Shown: positions 14,742 to 40,800 of the stretch, piece by piece
Position numbering within the stretch: the stretch's first letter is position 1
Layout of the letters: the number at the start of each line of letters is the position of its first letter
Assembly: GCA_013265495.1 (NCBI GenBank)
Contig: MU058198.1
Coordinates: 6,959,779 to 7,023,778, forward strand
DNA from: Vicugna vicugna
Lineage: Eukaryota
Length of the DNA stretch: 64,000 nt
Reading direction: 5' to 3'
Position numbers and translations under genes: made by a program
The notes under the pieces: model-generated
Databases searched by the model: none
What the model saw: the letters and a program-made list of their open reading frames with translations, nothing else
Told to the model about the DNA's origin: nothing

Positions 14742-15427
14742 AAAAGCTTGCCATGGGGCTCCGTGCCAGCCCCGTAGCTGGGAGGAGCTCCCATGACTGT
14801 TCCCAGGCCTGGGAGCAGCCCCTTCGAAAGGTTCTTATCTTGTTTCCCTGCCCCAGCTCTGATCTCAATTAAAAAAAAAAAAAGATAAAAGACAAGACGG
14901 CACAGGACGTCAGACAGCAATGGGGGGATGGAGACCCAGGCATCCTGACCCCAAGACCTCATCCTGATCCTTCTTTCAGGAAGGCCTTTTCCTCCCATTC
15001 TCCCCACCCCAGACCCCAGACCTGCTCTGCAACATCCCAGATCTGGGGGGCCTGGCGTCCCCAGTCCGTGGCCCCATTCCAGCGGGTAGTATAGTTCTCT
15101 TTATATAATATATCTAGACCCACCCTTCCCCTCCCCCAGGGGACTAGATGAATATTTGACACGCGTATCTCCCTCCTTTCCCGAGGCCATGATGGAGAGA
15201 GACCCTGGCACCATGGTGGGGAGGCAGGGGCTCCTGGTCAGCCTTGAGGCACCTATGCCCAAGCTGGCCTTGGGCCACTCGCCAGCCCAAGAAGCTCATG
15301 AGATGAGGTTTAAGGGGAGCTGGAGCCAACATCCTGTCCCCTACTCTTGGGTAGACCTTAGGCTTATAGCCCTTCAGGGTCAGGCTCCACCCACCCGTCT
15401 CATTCATCTGCTCATCCACCTTGTACT

Positions 15428-28981
<13,554 letters not shown>

Positions 28982-29699
28982 GGTGGCCCCTGGGGGCCCT
29001 GAGAGTGGCGCCTGACCTGGAGAACAGAAATGGGAAACTTAGAACAAAGATGGGGCCCTCAGAGAGGAAGGGGTTCCTCAAGTTTCTGCCTTCTCCTCTC
29101 CTAGTTCCCTGATGAAGGGGAGGCACTACTGAGGAAGGGCAAGGGGAGATTAGGAACAACATCAAAGCTCTAAAAAAAAATGAAGTTGCCCTAGCAACCA
29201 GAGCACGGGGGCCGAGTCCCTTGAGTCCCTAAAACTGCAGGAAGACTGGGAGCTGAGCATCCTCACAACCCCCCTCAGCCCTCAACAAGTTTTATTTCCC
29301 TACAACCCCTGCATCTCCCCACAAGAATAAAAGATTCTGCCTCTCTGCCAAAACTCCAGATCCCCAAGTGTCCTGTCCCACAAGTCCCATGCCCCAAATA
29401 TTTCCAGGTATCTTCCTATTCCCCTTGGCGTTGAGGCCCCCTCCTCCCTCAACCTCTCACACCCTGGAAGAGAGCAGGAAACAGCCAGGCCGGAGGCAGT
29501 GGAAATCCGGCCATTGTTAGAAGTGGGTACTGGCCCAGAGGGGCCAAGAGACTCGCTCTCAAAAAGGGCTAGTGACACCGTGGCAGGGAGGAGATCCAGA
29601 ATGGGAAGGACAGGGATAGAAATGGCATCTGGCTCTGGGGGCCTGTGACCTGGGCTACCTTACTTGTCCAGTCCAGTGGCATACACATCACACACAAGT

Positions 29700-29960
29700 A
29701 CAGGACGTTTGCAGTGTACAAACAACATTTATTGAGAATATACAGTAAGCACCTTACATGCATTATCTCTCATTCAATCCTCACTACAGCCTTACAAGGT
29801 ATCACTATTACCCCGATTTTACAGATGAGAAAATGGACTCAGAGGGATTAAGTGATTTGACCAAAGCTGGTCCTCTGTCTTCATGCTTTCAAAACAGCCC
29901 CATGAAACAAGCAGGAAGGATCATGATCACGATTTCACAGATGAGGTCACTGAGGCACAG
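29700..29960. mobile_element. MIR SINE fragments
   Basis: attaccccgattttacagatgagaaaatggactcagagggattaagtgatttg core. Confidence 0.65.
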
Positions 29961-32083
29961 AAAGGAAGGACCTTCTCCTCTATAGTCAAGGCCTGTGTAG
30001 TCATTACTCTCTCAACAACTCACCTCAAGCTCAGCTCCCTCCTGCAGGAAGCCTCCCCTGACTACTCTAGCCCTTGGTGAGAGCTTCTAGAGCACCCAGC
30101 CAGCCATGTACTGAAAACTCCAGCAGTACACCAAGACCCCCAAGGGGATTCTAGGCCAGGCTTCTGGCTAAGCACTTGTTGGAATTTAGGCACAAAGGAC
30201 TTTTCAGCAGAGTTGGACTCCCAGGGCAGAGTTCTAGCTCCTTAAAAGCACCTAACAATTTAGCATGTAATTATATTCTGTCGTGCATTGTTTCCTGTTG
30301 TGTTGTTAATTTTGTCTCCTCAGCCCAACTGGAAGCTGGAGGGCAAGGCGCGACCCTGACTCTCTGGTGGGCCCCCAGGGTGCAGAGGGCTCAGAATAGC
30401 CTGGGAGATTGATTGATTGCCCTCAGCCCAGCCCTAAGCAGCTCCCAGGCTGCTCAAAGCAGCCCCTTTCTCCGTTCTCCTGCCAGCAACCCTGCCAAGC
30501 ACCTCTCATCCCCACCACACACCCACACACCAAGGCAGGTGCTCACAACTTGACAAAGGAATCTTTGACCTCTTTACCAGCACCCAGCCAAGAATGCCAA
30601 CCCAGGACCCCAGGTCACATGTAAGGGATGCCCAGCAAAACCTCACAAGGGACCTCTTCTCCAAATAACAAACATCTGAGCAATCACCCAACTCTGTGCT
30701 CAAACATAACCACCTCTAAAAACAAACAATGTTATCTCCAGTCTACAGATGAGGACACTCAAATCTGTCCGCCCTAAGCTACACTACCAGTGCATTTCAT
30801 CTGTAATGTATAGCAACAGGGCTTTGAGGAAGTTCCTTACACTTGGTCTTCTCTTCAGTAAAATGGATTACGGTGTGGGGCCGTTGTGAAATTTGTACTG
30901 AGATCTTATACTTAGGAACACTATGCAGACACTCAGCATATGGATTTTTTTCCTTCTCTGCCTCCAGGGTCACCACAACAAGGCTTTAATACTTTGGGGA
31001 TCATCCTACCCATCCCGCAGCTTGGCTTTAGCTGTTAACAGACACCACTGTCATTTGTCGGAAGAGACGTCCCTCTGAGGAACCCAGGCCAAAGACTAGG
31101 ATCGGGGTAAAGATGAAGGTCACAGTAAAGAGAAAAATCCATGAGGCAGAAGGCAGGAGGCAGAGCCTCTCAGGAGGAAAATCTTTTGATAGCCCTCCTA
31201 AAAAGGAAGCTCTTCTCCCTTCCATTCTTAAATCTCTCCCCAACTCATTCTCCTCTGGACCCCTTTCTAAATCCAGGTGCAGAAGAAAAGAGATGACAAG
31301 AGACAGATATGGAGCAGGGGCAAGACATGATCAAGGATCTAGGTTTAAATCCTGATTCTGCCACTGGGTGACCTTGGGCAACCTATCTGAGCCTCAATAT
31401 TCTCAACCGTAAAATGGGAAGACAGCAATAAAAGAGCCCCCCACCTGACAGACGGGAGAGGGAAAGGTCATATGAGAGAATGGATGTAAAGCACTTCGTA
31501 AATGATAAATCGCTTGACAAATGAGATTACTTATACCATCACAGCAAGAGGCTGGAAGGTAACAATAGCTGGGGGGAAACAGTGCCAGGAACCCCCCCAC
31601 CCCCCACACACAAATGTACACACACACTTCCTTGAAAGGACAAGGAATCCAACCAGACCATACCTAAAAAACAGATAAGCAGACCCACCATGGGGTTCAG
31701 AAGGATGGGAATCAACACCCTAGAGCAATAAAGTAAAAGGGTTATAATCATGGAGAAGAGGTAGCTGTGAGGGGCAAAGTGAACAGGGAGAAGACCAGAA
31801 GGATGCAAACCCATCTGATTAGCTCAAGCACCCTAGGGTGTGACCCCTGGTGACATCAGAGACCTGTCACCTGAAGTCTCCCATCAACCAGACATAATGA
31901 AGGGAAGAGGAAGGGGAGGAGGGTGGCAGCAGAAGGCAAGGCTAGCCAGAGGCTGACCACTGGCCCAGCTGGGCTTCCCCATCCTGAGTAGAGGGCCTAC
32001 CCAGGCCCAGCTTCCCAGAAAGGAGCACCTTTTCTTCTCAGTGTTAGACACAGGGACCCGCGCCCCTGCACCCCATGTCTCAC

Positions 32084-32850
32084 CTGGTAGGGGTCACTAT
32101 GGTGCCCCAGCGCCTCCGCCTCCTCCTGGGGTCCTCCAGCGGTTCTGCCAAGCAGGGAGAGGGGCAAGGAGACCTTTCCCCTTGCCACCTCTTCCTCGGC
32201 TTTCGCCCTTCCTGAGGGGCGGGCCCGGGAAGCCTCCCCTGGAGGGGAGGGGGTGACAACCTGATCTGACCTCGCGGTCCAGTCCTCCTCCTCCTCGAGG
32301 GCGACAGTTGCTGAATCCCGGATTTCTGATTGTGGGGTCTGAACCCCAGATATCTGAACGCGGGGAGACTTAATCTGATTTCTGAATTCGTGGGGAATGA
32401 ACCCCGGATACTGGTCCACGGAGGGTCTTGAACCCCAGATAACTGAAATCCTATGAAACAGCCCCAGGTTTAGAGAGGTTGGACCCGAGTCTCGGATATC
32501 TAGAATCTGAGGGGCTGATACTCCGATATCTGAGAAGCGTGGGGTCAAGCCCGGAAATTCAGGACCGATGGGACTGAGCCCCAGGTCTTCGGCCACCGAC
32601 AGGGGGCCTACCCCGAGGACGTCCGACCGCACGGCCCCTCTCACGCCGGGGTCCGAGGGTGACAGCCCCTACTCCCGCCGCGGCCTCCTCCCTTTCCCCT
32701 TCTTTCTCCTGAGGATAGCTGAAAGCTTGTAGCTAAGGGCGGTCCCCGCGCCTTCTGTCTCTCTTCTTCTCAGTCTCAGCCTCTCTCCGCACCACAGCCC
32801 CGGTCTCGTCCCGGTCTCCCTCTCCCTCTTCCTCCCAATTCCAAGATGGA
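32084..32850 (-). other. TAOK2: TAOK2 non-coding exon 1 (5' UTR); TSS approximate
   Basis: Donor CAG|GTGAGA at 32084/32083, joined to the acceptor at 29016 (35 nt before the ATG). CpG-rich. Confidence 0.75.
32310..32595. repeat. Degenerate tandem array of about 10 units of 28-31 nt in TAOK2 exon 1
   Basis: Units such as tgaatcccggatttctga (32312), tgaaccccagatatctga (32340), tgaaccccggatactgg (32398), tgaaccccagataactga (32429). Confidence 0.7.
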
Positions 32851-33260
32851 GACCGGGCGGGAGCGCGCAGGCGCGGTAGGGACGCCGGGCCAGGAGGGGC
32901 GGGGCCCGAAAGGAAACAGCCCCGCCCCTCTCTCCTTACTGCTGCGTCCAGGGAGCTGGGCAGCAACCCAGCCAGAGTGCGCGCGCGCCCCGCCACGCGG
33001 ACCCTGGGTGGGAGGAGGCGGAGAGAAGGGCTAGTCTTGGAGGGGGTGGAGCCCAGCGCGCTGTCCGACAACTAGTGGTGGAAAGGGTTGCGGCGCATGC
33101 GCTCGCCCCGCCTTAGCGCTGAGTCTTAGCTTGTTGCTAGGGGAAGCTTTGAGGGGGCGAGGATGGAAGGAAGTAAGAGGCCATAATCTGCGCCTGCGTG
33201 CAGGGTAGAGGTTGGGAGGGGAAAGGGAACTGTCGCTGGGCGCGGAAAAGGCGGGAAAAT
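32850..33260 (-). promoter_or_regulatory. TAOK2 CpG island promoter
   Basis: GC boxes (ggggcgggg, ccccgcccc) and NRF1 GCGCATGCGC 33093-33102. Confidence 0.75.
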
Positions 33261-33449
33261 GGACTGTCCTGGTTAGTAACTATCCAGCCTGGACGCTGGC
33301 TCCCAAATTCGAGGAAACTTTGCTGGGAAAACTCAATCTGTCAAATCCCTTCAGGAAACTGAGGCCCTTTACAGCAGCATGACCTGCACAAGGTCACACT
33401 GCATTTATGTCAAAGAATTTCCATGACCACACCCACCTGACTCTTTAAA

Positions 33450-33795
33450 CTAGCTGGAATTATCTATTTTATTGCATAAACGAAAACAAGACATAAAGTG
33501 GAAGCTCTGGGATCAAAACGAGGTGTTTTCCAAAGCTAGTCACAACCGTGGCAAGAACTGTAGTACCCTATGCCCTATACCAACCTGTATCCCAAACTAA
33601 AGTATCATCAAGGAAAAAAATCCCCCAAACCTCCCAAGCCTCTCTACCCTAAAATTCCCACCTCAACCCAATCCCCAGTAAACACCCAGGGAAACATTGG
33701 GCAAAAAAGCCTTTTATTTCCCCCCACATTCCAGCTCTCCACTTTTTGTAACATCTCTTCCAACTCAGAACCAAGGCTCAAGAAGTTGATTCAAC
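33450..33795 (-). other. TMEM219: TMEM219 terminal non-coding 3' UTR exon
   Basis: Acceptor tttctctccag| at 33795, paired with the donor after 34814. AATAAA candidates at 33713-33718 and 33468-33473. Confidence 0.6.
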
Positions 33796-34845
33796 CTGGA
33801 GAGAAATAAAATAAAAACACAGGGCAGGTCAGAGGGCCCCTGGAGGAAGGTCTGGAATGACTGCAGAAACAGGAAAGAGCAGAGGAAGTGACAACTAGAG
33901 ATAGGTACAGGCACTTATTCCAACTGAGAAGGCCTCAGGACCCCAGGATCTTCTAGGAGCCAGGGAGCCTTCCTTTCCCAATCGGCTCAGATCTAAGAAT
34001 GGCTGAGAGGGCTCCGCCATTTTCTGTCTGACATAAGTGGTTGGAACTGTCAGGCCTAGCCCTAAGCAAAATAAGCACAAAGTTGATCTGGAGGGTCCAC
34101 TTCCTCCAGCCAGAGCCCTTCCCTGGGCCTCAGCTATTTCCTCTTCTCCCACAGAGACTTCCTAGGGCACAGCAGCCAGCTGAAGCTTAGAGCAGTTTAA
34201 GAGCTGGATGCACAAAATATTACTTTCAAATTATATAAGACTCACCTGAAAGGGTGAGATTTTTTTTTAACCTTAATGAGCTGACACACTAGTTAGGCAA
34301 TATGTCCCACTCCCACTTTGGAGGCTGTGTCTCTCCAAGGATCCTGTTAGCAGATTCAACTTTTTCTAAATGTAATGATGGCTAAGGAAAAGAGAAGGTG
34401 CATATGAAGTCCTTGGGTGCACAGTATGTGCCCAGTAAATGGGCATCATCAATCAATTCTTTTGAATGGCTCAAGATGAATTTTACAAAATTTGCATCAT
34501 AAAACTGAGTATCAGAATTTCAGGACAAAGGCAAGACAAACATGATTCATATATAGGACACATCATCAAATCTGAGCCCTCTTAATTCACCATTGTTGCC
34601 AAAAAGCTTGGATGTGAACTGAAGCCATGGATGAATCTTAAAATCAGAACGTTCACCGAAAGAAGTCAGTCACAAAAGAATATGTATGATTCCATCTACA
34701 TAAGGTACAAAAATAAGACCAAGCCATATAGTTTAGATATAACTCTATCTCAGTTACAATTGCCACCCCCATCCCACCCCCTGTTCCCACAGGACTGAGG
34801 CAAAGAACCTTACCTGAGAATGAGAAGGGAACTAGGCCAGTGCCC

Positions 34846-37800
34846 TCAGAGCCGGGTTCTAGACCAGTGGGACTCTCGGCGTGGATGGAAGCACACAGCA
34901 GTGAGATAGCATAGAAGGCCACAGAAGAGAAGCAGGAAGGAGCCCAAAACCAGCAGCCTGGAGCCACACAGAGCCAGCTCCTCCTAGGGGTGGGGCCAGG
35001 GAGGGGAAGGAATGATGAGAGAGGGACTGTGGAGAATCTTCCCTTGGGAAGACATCTTAGATATCCCCAGTCCAAGGACTATAGAGAGACGCCTCCATGG
35101 GGAAGGGGGCTGTTAACATCCAGGGAGCAACTAAAGGGAAAATGTTATTATTATATAAGCTAACATTTGTCTCAATGGTCTACAAACTGCTTTCTTGCCC
35201 AAACATCAAACTGAACCCCTATAATGACTCCAGGAGATAGGAAAGTTCATTACTGTCTACATTTAAAGATATGCAAGCAGGGCCAGATCTGGAAACCAAG
35301 GTCTTCTCTGATCCCAAAACTCCCAGGTCATGCTCCTCACCACAGTCTTTGCAAATGTGAAGGAAGAGAATGCAGCAGCCTTCTAACTGGTTTCTCTCTC
35401 TTCCATTTAGCTAGTCTCCTCCACCCAGCACCAGTGGCTCCCATGACCTGCAGTATCAAGTTGTGATATCTCAGCCTAGCATCGCAGTGCCTCATGATCT
35501 GGCCCCTGCATCCCTTCTACCTTCTCCCCTTAAGTCATTCCTAAGTGTTTATGCTGATTGATCCCTTTGCCTGGAATGTATCTCCCCTCTCATGAACTCC
35601 GTCTACTGCATTCCTGCCCAAATCTTCCTCACTCTTCAAAAATCATCCTGACAGGAGAGAATGAGCCTGGGACTTGGAAATCAGAAGGCTCTAAGGTGCA
35701 ATCCTGGCTCTGCCACTTAACAAGTTGTGTGGCCTGGGGCAATTCACTCCCTCTCTCCAGGTTTGTTTCCTCATCTGTAAAATGGGATAACAGCTACCTC
35801 AAAAAGCTATTTTAAGATCAAATGAGATAATGAACCCGAAAGCACTTTGTACATTATAAACTATTGTAAACAATTCCCTTTTTTAAATGCCACCTTGTTG
35901 GTGAAGCACTCTCCATAAGTGTTCAAGTTACAGCTAATTGGTCCTTATTCTGTTTGAATAACACTTTCCTCACATCTCTATGATAGCAATTAGCCCATCC
36001 TGCCTCTTATTACAGGTTCTGAATTCCTTTGAGGTAAGGATCATGTTTTATTGTATTTAAAGACAATAGTTAATACTAATAGCTATCTCTTATCCAATCT
36101 TTATTATGTATCAGGCATTGTACTAGGCACTTTATATTCATTCTCATTTATCCTTATTTGTTGGAATTAGGAGACAGTATCATGTTTTCTGTTTTACAGA
36201 TGAGGAAGCTGAGGCTCAGATGCTTGTTCAAGGTCACACAGCCTCTGAGGCAGGATTATAAAGCCTGGGCTTTTTCTACTAGGTAAAATTGCCTCCAGAA
36301 GCCATCAAGACACAGCATTCAGCACGGCAGTTTATGAAACTCCAACAATCTGAGGCTCTTACCGAGGTGAGCAGCTTGGTGAGCACAAGACCTTCACGGC
36401 TCCAGACACTGACACACTCCTCAGCCATCTCACGGCTCAGGGTAGCATTTCCTGCTCCCTCTTCTGAGCAGGACATGGGTGGCTGGCTGGAGGGCAGAAT
36501 TCCTGGAGCACTACTAAAATACAGGCAGGTTCTTGGTGTCTTTTCTGTGGTCACCCTGGCTGTAATGAGGATCAGCTCTTCTGCAGAAGATCCTATGAGA
36601 GGCACAGGGGAGGAAATGGAAGAAAATGCAGGTAGGTTGGGAGCTATCCATCTTTAGACATCTATTCATTTCTATAGGCTTCCTTACCATACCAGGTATT
36701 TTGGCATTGATTCTATTCAATAAAGTAAATGCCTTCATTTACATCACTGAGAAATGAATACAACTATATACCAATATAAATAAAAAATTAATTTAAACTA
36801 GCTCACAATCAATAAAATAATCATACCAATACTCAGAAAGCTGTAGCAAAACTGGGGTAGATACACATTGCTGATGTCAGTTTGTACATTTTGTCCTTTC
36901 TAAGAAAGCAGTTTTCCACCAAAATCTGTTAAAAGGTTCATACCCCATTTCAAATTAGTGGGAAAAGGATGGCCTATTCAGTCAATGATCTTGAGACAAT
37001 TTCCATTTGGGAAAAAAAATCAGACTCTTACCTCACACGATAAAATCCAGCTGTATTAAAGACCTATACAAATAAACTAAAACAAAACAAAACAAAAACT
37101 TAAGCTAAGTATTGAAAGAAAATACAGAAGAGTATTTTCTAATTTAAAGTGGGAAAGGCTTTCCAAAGAAAGACACAAAACCTAAAAGCCTGAGTAGGGA
37201 ACAAGAGCAATAAATTTCATAAAAATTAAAGGCTTCTATACAATGAAAGATAAGTTTTTAAAAAGTAACAGAATGGCTGAAAATACCTATAATATATTTA
37301 ACTGGCAAAAGGGTTTACTATCCAGAATGTATAAAGATCTAAAAAATTCAGAAGATAAAGACAAATAACTTAAAAGAAAAGTAAAGGATATGAACAGGAA
37401 ATTCAGAGAAGACATGAAAATGGCCAATAAACCTGTAAGATGTTCAAGATGCTCATTAGTTCAGGAGAAAGTAAATTAAAACAATCAGGTAATTCTCTAG
37501 GCCATCAAATTGGTAAAAATTTAAAAGACTTTAATAACAAGAATTGTTGAAGATGTGGGGAAATGAGCACTCTCCATTGGTGACACCTGTTAGAAGACAA
37601 TTTTCTGTCAGTTTTTTTTTGTTTTTATAAGAACATTGGTGGGTGGTAATTAGATTTACTTGTTTATTTACTTTTTTTAGAGGAGGTACTGGAGATTGAA
37701 CCCAGGACCTTATGAATGCTAAGCATGTGCTCTACCACTTTGAGCTATACCCTCCCCCCTTGTCAATTTTAAGTGGAGACAGAGAGGGACTGAGAGGATG

Positions 37801-40800
37801 CCCACAAAACCGTGGACTCTGCAGGGGAGGTAAGGAGGACTTTTATGGTTGCTTTGTATACTTCTGTGTGATAGTGAATCCACAATAAAATGAATTTGTG
37901 TGTTTAAAAAAGGTCCCTACCCTCTGACTCAGTAGAAACTAACCCTAAGAAATGGATTCAAAAGAAAAATGCAAACTATACCAAATGTTTACTATAATTT
38001 CATAAAAATATCAAAAAATAGAAAAAATAAAGATGTTTAACAATAGGGAAATCATTAACAAATGACAGCCTAACCATTAACAGATCAATTTATATCCATT
38101 AAAATAATAGTGTTCTGGCCATTCAGTAATACAAAAAACATGATGTCAGAAGGCGGGAAAAGAGAAATACAAACCAGTATATACATCATAATTAGAACTG
38201 AGAAACATACACAAAATCAAATCAGTCACCAAATCCTGTCAATCCCACACTTCTAACAACGCTCTCAAATCAATCCCCTTCTTTCACACCACTGTCTTAG
38301 CTCAGTTTTTCTTATCATCTTTTTTATTGCAAACACTTCCTAACTGGTCTTTGTGCATCTGGACACATTTCTTCCAGGCAGTCAGCCAACAGAATATGAT
38401 CTTCTTAAAAGAACAACAACAACAAAATTCTACTATTTTCCTGATTAAACTATTTGTGTTGGATAAAGTCCAACTACCTTGGCTTGGCACAGGAGACTCT
38501 CCATGGGACTCTGCCTGCTTCTTCAGACCCATCTCCTGCCACTCATTCAACACTCCTTCCTCTGCACCTGTCAAACTGAACCCCTGGAAGTTCCTAACCG
38601 AGCCATTCTAATCTCTGTCTGCATGCCTTTGCATTCGCTCTTCCCTCTAGCTGGAAGGGTACATTCCTAAGCCTCCCTCAAACCTAGGCTCTAGCGCTGT
38701 ATCCTTGGAAAAGCCTGTCTTCATCATCCCTGCTTGACAGATATCTGAGTACTCCTACTGTACCTTGTGTTCTACTGCATGTGTTGAAAGGTATTTACTT
38801 CTGTTCACATCTGAATCCTCGCTAGATTGTGAGTAACTTGAGGTGAAGACCCATATCTTACAGATCTCTGTATTCCCCATGCTTGGCACATAGTAGGTGC
38901 TCAATAGTCATTGCTTACATGATGCGATCATATGTGATTACTTCTGGGGGTAATTAGATTTATTTACTTATTTATTTTTAATGGTGGTACTGAGGATTGA
39001 ACCCAGGACCTTTGGCATGCTAAGCAGGCACTCTGCCACTAAGCTATACCCTCCCCCTATATGTGATTACTTTTTACTTTGTCCTGAAGAATCTTTGATG
39101 TTACAACTTTATTTCTAACCATAATAAAAAGAACTGGGCTTCTTTGCAGAAGCAGAAATTGACAAGCTGCTCCTAAAATTCATATGGAAATTCAAGGGTC
39201 TAGAATAGCCAAAACAATCTTAAAAAAAGAACAAAGCTAGAGAACTCACATTTTCAGATTTCAAAACTTACTACAACGCTACAGTGATCAAAACAGTGTG
39301 ATACTAGCATAAGCACAGACATATAGGTTAATGGCACAGAACTGAGAATCCAGAAATAAACCCATACATCTATGGTCAAGTAATTTTCAGTAAAAGTCCC
39401 AAGACTCTTCAATGGGGAAAGAATAGTCTTCTCAACAAAACATGCTGGGACAACTGAATAGCAACTGCAAAAGAGTAAAGTTGGATCCCATCCTCACACC
39501 ATACACAAAAATTAATTCAAAATGGATCACAGGCCTAAATGTAAGAGCTAGAACTATAAAATTCTTAGGAGAAAATGTAGGAGTAAATCTTACTGACCTC
39601 AAGTTTGGCAAAGTCTTCTTAGATATGATACTAAAATCACAAGCAACAACAACAAAAAAAATAGATAAACTAGACTTCATCTCAATTAAAAACTTTTGTG
39701 CTTCAAAGCACACCATCAACAAAGTGAAAAGATAACCCAGAGAATGGGAGAGAAAATTTGCAAAATACAACATGTAAGAGGCTTCTATCTAGAAAATAAA
39801 AAAAAACTCTTATAACTCAATAATTAGAAGACAAATTATTCAATTTTAAAGATGCGCAAAAACTCTGAATACACATTTCTCCAAAAAAGAGATACAAATG
39901 GCCAATAAGCAAATGAAAAAATGCTCAATAACATTAGTCATCAAGAAAATGCAAATGAGAACAATAGTTAGATACCACTTCACACTGATGAGGATGGCTA
40001 TAATCAAAAAGACACATAATAACAAATGTTGGTGAGGAAGTAAAGAAATTAGAACTCTCATACATTACTAGTAGCAATGTAAAACAACACAGCCACTTTG
40101 GAAAATAGTCTGGCAGCTCCTCAAAAGATTAAACAAAGAGTTACCATATAAGCCAGAAATTCCACTCCTGGTATATATACCCAAAAGAAAACATATGATA
40201 ATGCAAAAACTTGTACATGAGTGTTCCTAGCATCATCATTCATAAGAGACAAAAAGCGGAAATAATCCAAATGTCAATTAACTGATGAACGGATAAATAA
40301 AATATGGAATATTCATATAGTGAATATTCTCTGGCAAGAAAAAGAAATGAAGTATTGACATGTAATACAACATGGATGAACCTTGAAAACATGATGCTAA
40401 ATGAAGAAGCCTGTCACAAAAGACCACATTTATACTAAATGTCCAGAGTAGGCAAATCTACAGAGACAGAAAGTAGATTACTGGTTGCCTAGGGTGAGAG
40501 GTTAGGAGAAAAAGGCAAGTGACTGCTAATGGGTACAAGATTTCTTTGTCAGGTAGTGAAAATGTTCTGGAATTCATTGTGGGGGCAGTTGCATGCTTTT
40601 GTGAATATACAGAAAGCCATTTAATTATACATTTTAAATGGGTGTATTTTATGGTACATGAATCATATCTCAATAAAGCTGTTACATATATTTTTTTAAA
40701 ATAAAAAGAACAGGAAAAAATGTCCCAAGTTTGTATATAACAGACACATTCCTTTACTCTTGCTCTTTGATCACAAACATGTATATACCTGGAAATACAG

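Noticed and set aside
32310..32595. Repeat array as a CRISPR
   Set aside because: Mammalian locus, degenerate units, no repeat-spacer architecture and no cas genes.
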